The notes under the pieces: model-generated | Databases searched by the model: none | The model's input: only the letters and a program-made list of their open reading frames with translations | Told to the model about the DNA's origin: nothing | Position numbers and translations under genes: made by a program | Shown here: piece by piece, positions 59,270 through 64,000 of the stretch | Layout: the number at the start of each line of letters is the position of its first letter | Numbering within the stretch: the stretch's first letter is position 1 | NCBI RefSeq assembly: GCF_009914755.1 | Contig: NC_060937.1 | Length of the DNA: 64,000 bases | Source: the human T2T-CHM13v2.0 reference genome, Homo sapiens | Direction: 5' to 3' (one strand)

Positions 59270-62260
59270 GGAGACAGGGAGAAAGTTGACCTATTTATCC
59301 TGAGCCCATCCTGAATATCTAGTACAAAGTGGATTCAATATGTTTCTATTTATTTAATACAATGTATGCATTTGTGACTACTAAAGAACATGCAGTTTTT
59401 AAGTGTCCATGTAATATTTACAAAAATAGTTGATCAGGTACTTGACCACGTACAAAAACTTTAATCTCAACAAGATACCTTGGAAACCTAGACAACATTG
59501 ATATTTCCTAGGAAAATACAAATTATTAACATAGAGTGAAGCAGTAGAAAACTTGAGTAGACTGAATACTCAAGAAGAGATTAGAAAAGTTATTAAAATG
59601 TGTTATTGAAAAAGTTAACAGGATTGAATAATTTGATAGCTGAACACTATTTAACCTTAAAGAATGGGCAATTCTGATGTGATTTAAACTATTTAAGACC
59701 AGGAAGAAGATAGACAAGTTCTCAATGTATTTGTAAAGCCAATCTTATTACTAAAACCCTATGAGGATACTGCAAAAAGATCAATGCTATCTACTAGATG
59801 CAAAAACACTCTAAATGTGATTTTAGCTTGAGCAATCTCAAAATATATTAACAGACCAATACGCTATGGTCAAGTAGAGTTTATTGCAAAAATGCGAGGT
59901 TATATGGGTTTCAGGAAATCCAGCAATATATTCATTAAATCAACATATTAGAGCAGAAAAATAAACATAGCAATTGATGCTGAAAAGCCATTTTGATAAA
60001 AATCCAGCAGCTATTCTTAACAACTTTATGAAAAGATGTACATGAGGAGCCTTTTTAACTATGGGCCGGGCACAGTGGCTCATGCTTGTAATCCCAGCAC
60101 TGTGGGAGGCCGGGGTGGGCGGACCAGTTGAGGTCAGGAGTTCAAGACCAGCCTGGCCACATGGTGAAATCCCATCTCTACTAAAAATACAAACATTAGC
60201 CAGGCATGGTGGTGCGCACATGTAATCCCAGGTACTCAGGAGAGTGGGGTGGGAGGATCACTTGAACCCAGGAGCCAAGATCCAGCCATTGCATTCCAGC
60301 CAGGGCGACAGAGCGTGACTCCATCTCAAAAACAAAAACAAAAAACAAAAAACTGTGACAAAAACTACAAAAATAAGCAAACATTATTTTAAACAACAAA
60401 ACACTAAAATCACTTCAATTATTATCAGGAATCAGATAAGAATGTTTGATCTTACCATTACTATTGTCTTAGAGGTTGTAGCAAATGCAGTGGGAAAAGG
60501 CAGTAAAATAATTTGTCAATGCCAGGTGTGGAGGGGCATGCCTGCCTATAGTCCCAGCTACTCAGAAAGCTGAGGCAGGAGGATCCTGTGAGCTGAGAAG
60601 TTTGAGTCCAGACTGGGCAACATAGCAAGACCCCATCTCTAAAATAAAATTTTAAAAATAACGATTTATATAAACATTGGAAAAGAAAGATTAAAACTCT
60701 ATTTTTGTTGATAATATTATTGTATTCCTGAAAAACCCAACAGACTTAAGAAAAAAAGTATTTGAATTGATGAGATAATTTGATAAAATGGGGACATATA
60801 AAATATGCACATGTAATAATCAACAGCAAAAGTCCATCTAACATGGAAATGGAAAAAATTAATTCGTGGCGTAATACAATGCAAAGAAATCCTGTGTGAA
60901 GAAAACTAAAGTCCTGAGAACAAAACTCAAACAAATGGAACAGCATACTAAGTTCTAGAGGTATACTAAGTTTTTAGAACTGTAGACTGAAAATAATTTA
61001 AATGTTAGATCCCCCCAAATTCATTATATACATCAATATGTATATAACGTATATAATATTGATGTATATTATTACACAATATATTGCAATTCCAATTAGA
61101 AGCACACCATTTGCAAATAATATTAAGTGATCTTAAAGTTTATATAGAAAATTAAATGCCCAAGAATAAAATGTATGAAAAGAATAGTGAGTGTAGATAT
61201 TAAAACACACTGCAAAGTCACTATAATCAAATACATAAGTCATTTACAGTTTTTGAAATAAATAAACATGTTAGAGTGATTGAATAGCAGACCTTCCAAC
61301 TAGCTTCCAAAATATATGCAACTTTAATATATTATGAAGTTGCTATTTCAATTCAGGGTGAGAAGGAAGGTGCTGACTCTCCATCCAGGAGAAAATAGAA
61401 ATGGGCACTTGTTTCTCAGAATATAGACAAATAAATTCCAGGGAACTGAAGACTTCAGTGTAAAAATAAATAAATGAATAGATAAATGAGTGAATGAATG
61501 AATTTTCAGAAGAAAGTCTGGGAGCCTATACATACAGTTTAGGGTTTGTAGAGACTTCTTAACCAAGAAAAGAAACCAAAATCTGTAGGAGATTGAAACG
61601 AGGTCAGTGAGAAATTATAGAGTTAAAAATACATTTGCATCACAGATGATAGATGAAAGTTAACATCTTTAAACACCAAGAGTTCTTTCTAATAAGCAAC
61701 AAATAATATAAAGTAGACATAAGTGGATAATTTACCCAAAAGTATATACAATGGCCATAAACATATAGATGTCAAAATTATTAGTGCTTAAGGAAATGCA
61801 AATTTGTGTCCCTTTATAACCATATAACTAACAAAAAAATAATAGAATGATAACACTATCACTCTCTTTAGAGGTAAGAATGCAGAGGAAAAGGTGTTGT
61901 CATCCTTTGCAAATGAAATGTGAATTGTTAAAGCCATTTTTAAATTGCAGTATGGCTATATCTTCATTTTTCAAAATAAAAATTCACTACACTTGTGTGA
62001 ACCAGTTTCATTCCTGGGAAGCTATTCTAAATAATAGAAATACATAATGATATAATTTCATAAGAACATATATATACAATGTTCATTATAGCATTATTCA
62101 TACAACTAAAATTCTGAAACATAAATAGGGAGATGTTTTAATCCATCTTTATCATAAAATATTATGCAGCCCTTAAAAAGAATAAATTACCGCAAAACCG
62201 TTCAGTTGGTTAGGATTTCCTTGATGTATTTACTGAGAAAAATCTAGGTGCAGAAAAATG
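59270..62260 (+). mobile_element. Old L1ME-type ORF2/3' fragments with Alu (60064-60352) and Alu monomer (60520-60650) insertions
   Basis: A-rich decayed L1 ORF2 (IVLEVVANA; aattgatgctgaaaagccattttgataaaaatcca). Confidence 0.7.
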
Positions 62261-62399
62261 TATAACACTGCATTTCTGTGACTAATATTAATAAACAATG
62301 ACAAAACTATGTATATACATAGGTATTTGTATATGTATATTAGTGGGTGTATGTGTTTGTCTACAACATTAGGTTGTTAACATGGAGTACTTAGTATGG

Positions 62400-62600
62400 T
62401 TGGAAGGAGGGAGTAAGGGAGGGAAAGAAGAATGGGAGGAAGGAAGAAAAGGGAAGAGTTAGAGTTATAGAGTTAAAGCAAGGAAGGAAGGAGGAAAAGA
62501 AAGAAGGAAGAGAAGGAAGGAAAGGAGAAAGAAAGGAAGGAGGAAGGGAAGGGAAGGGGAAGGAAGGAAACAAAAGAAAGAAGAGGGAGGGAGGGAACAG
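62400..62600. repeat. GA-rich low-complexity (GGAA-like) tract
   Basis: aggaaggaaggaggaaaagaaagaaggaag... Confidence 0.9.
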
Positions 62601-64000
62601 AATTATTTTAAAAACGAGCATGTATGCTAAGGTCCCCTTTTATGTTCTCTTTGTGGAATATAAAATCTAAAAAGAACACCGGGCTGGCGCTAGGGGAGCT
62701 TTCAGCTCATTTTCATCAGACCTGACTTCCTACCTTTTTGTTCCTGTAGCTACTATCTCCCGCCAGCAATAATTTTCCACTGGGCACACTGGGAGAATTG
62801 TTTTCATCTTTCCAGCCTGTTAAATAAATACAGGAGCGCCATGTTCTTGAGCGCGCCATTTGCCAGGTTGTGTTCGTGCCACAGAAACGAAGAGGCCGCT
62901 GTACAGCCATTTTACCAGGCAGTTTAATATATCTGCCAGTTATTATACCAGCTTCATCATGTTAAAGTCCTTTAATGAATCAAAAAAAGAGCAATCTATA
63001 CAATTGAACTTCTGAATTGCTGCATTTCCCTTAATGCCTGGAGTTTTAGCACATTAAGAAGGGAAGCAGGGATCTGTGACTGTAAAAGGCTTTATGTGAT
63101 CACTTGTTACTGAGAATGCCAATAAAACCCTAAAACCAAATCTTCCAGACTTTTCGGGGGTCATGTAACTCACTTGGGAACTAAAGAGAGGCTGCAGGGA
63201 GTGCTGCTACTTCTCCAGGCTACTTTACCTTCAGTCAACCCTCTTCCCCTGATTTTCTCCCTCCTTGTTGGGCCATTATCTGCTAGGATTCCTTGACAAA
63301 AGTCTTATGATCTTTAAAGACCATCTCTCCTCACTGATACATCACATGGTTCGTTTAAATCCACTGTTACCTTAACTAACCATTAAAGCAAGTATAGCTT
63401 TTAAATGACCCTTGATACAGACCTTTGAGTGCAAATTCAGTGTTCTCCAAGCGAATGGGAGGGTAGGAGAGGTCTTAGGGCTCATTCCTTTCACTTCACG
63501 CGGAGTGCTGCAGCCTTTTCTTCAATAAATGCTCTCATATCAAACTCCCTCCTTGCTTGCCTTTACACTGAGATGAACTTTCTTTTGGTATTGGGAACAG
63601 AAAATGATTCATTTAATCACTTTGATACTTACCTAATGTGGAAAAGTGGAGGTTCAAGATGGAACATTTGAGAAGAAACCTTTCATAGTTTGTCCTCTAA
63701 AATAGAAACAGTCTTTTTGAGGTTTTGGGCTTCTCAGAAACTGTGCTTAGCGTGCCGCTCAGAACAGCTCTGTTCCTGTAGAGATGGGTGATTGTGGGAA
63801 AGTAATTTCTGGAAGAATGGCCACATTAAACAATAACAACAATAGACTCCCTGGTGAATTTTGCCACTTTGTGTGACCCCCTTCTTCATCTAAATTTCAG
63901 AGATGTTAATGCACCAATAAGAAGAACGGCTACCACAATTTTAATTTGCATGATGATGCTCTGAGCACAAGTTCTTTGAAAATAGCTGGATTTTGAGGTT

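Overview
Human (primate) genomic DNA containing the 3' part of KL (alpha-Klotho, chr13q13) on the + strand. It covers ~31 kb of intron 1, exons 2-5 (31084-31594, 32364-32632, 37997-39098, 41170-41507 stop), the 3'UTR to ~43460, and ~20 kb of downstream intergenic DNA. Exon lengths (511/269/1102/338 nt), GT-AG boundaries and phases join into codons 274-1012 of Klotho. The rest is mostly interspersed repeats: ~21 Alus, old L1/L2/MIR, an ERVL remnant, MaLR LTRs and hAT/mariner elements. Almost all other ORFs in the track are spurious. There is no CRISPR, rRNA or tRNA, and no convincing novel protein-coding system. The most notable unexplained structures are: a composite inverted+direct local duplication in intron 1 carrying a perfectly symmetric MADE1 hairpin; an intronic poly(A) signal that could give an NMD-escaping secreted KL1 mRNA; opposed Alu arrays around exon 4; a CpG-rich element just after the KL poly(A) site; a second templated duplication downstream; and an intact-ended hAT element with transposase remnant. 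Repeat subfamily names and boundaries were called by eye and are approximate.
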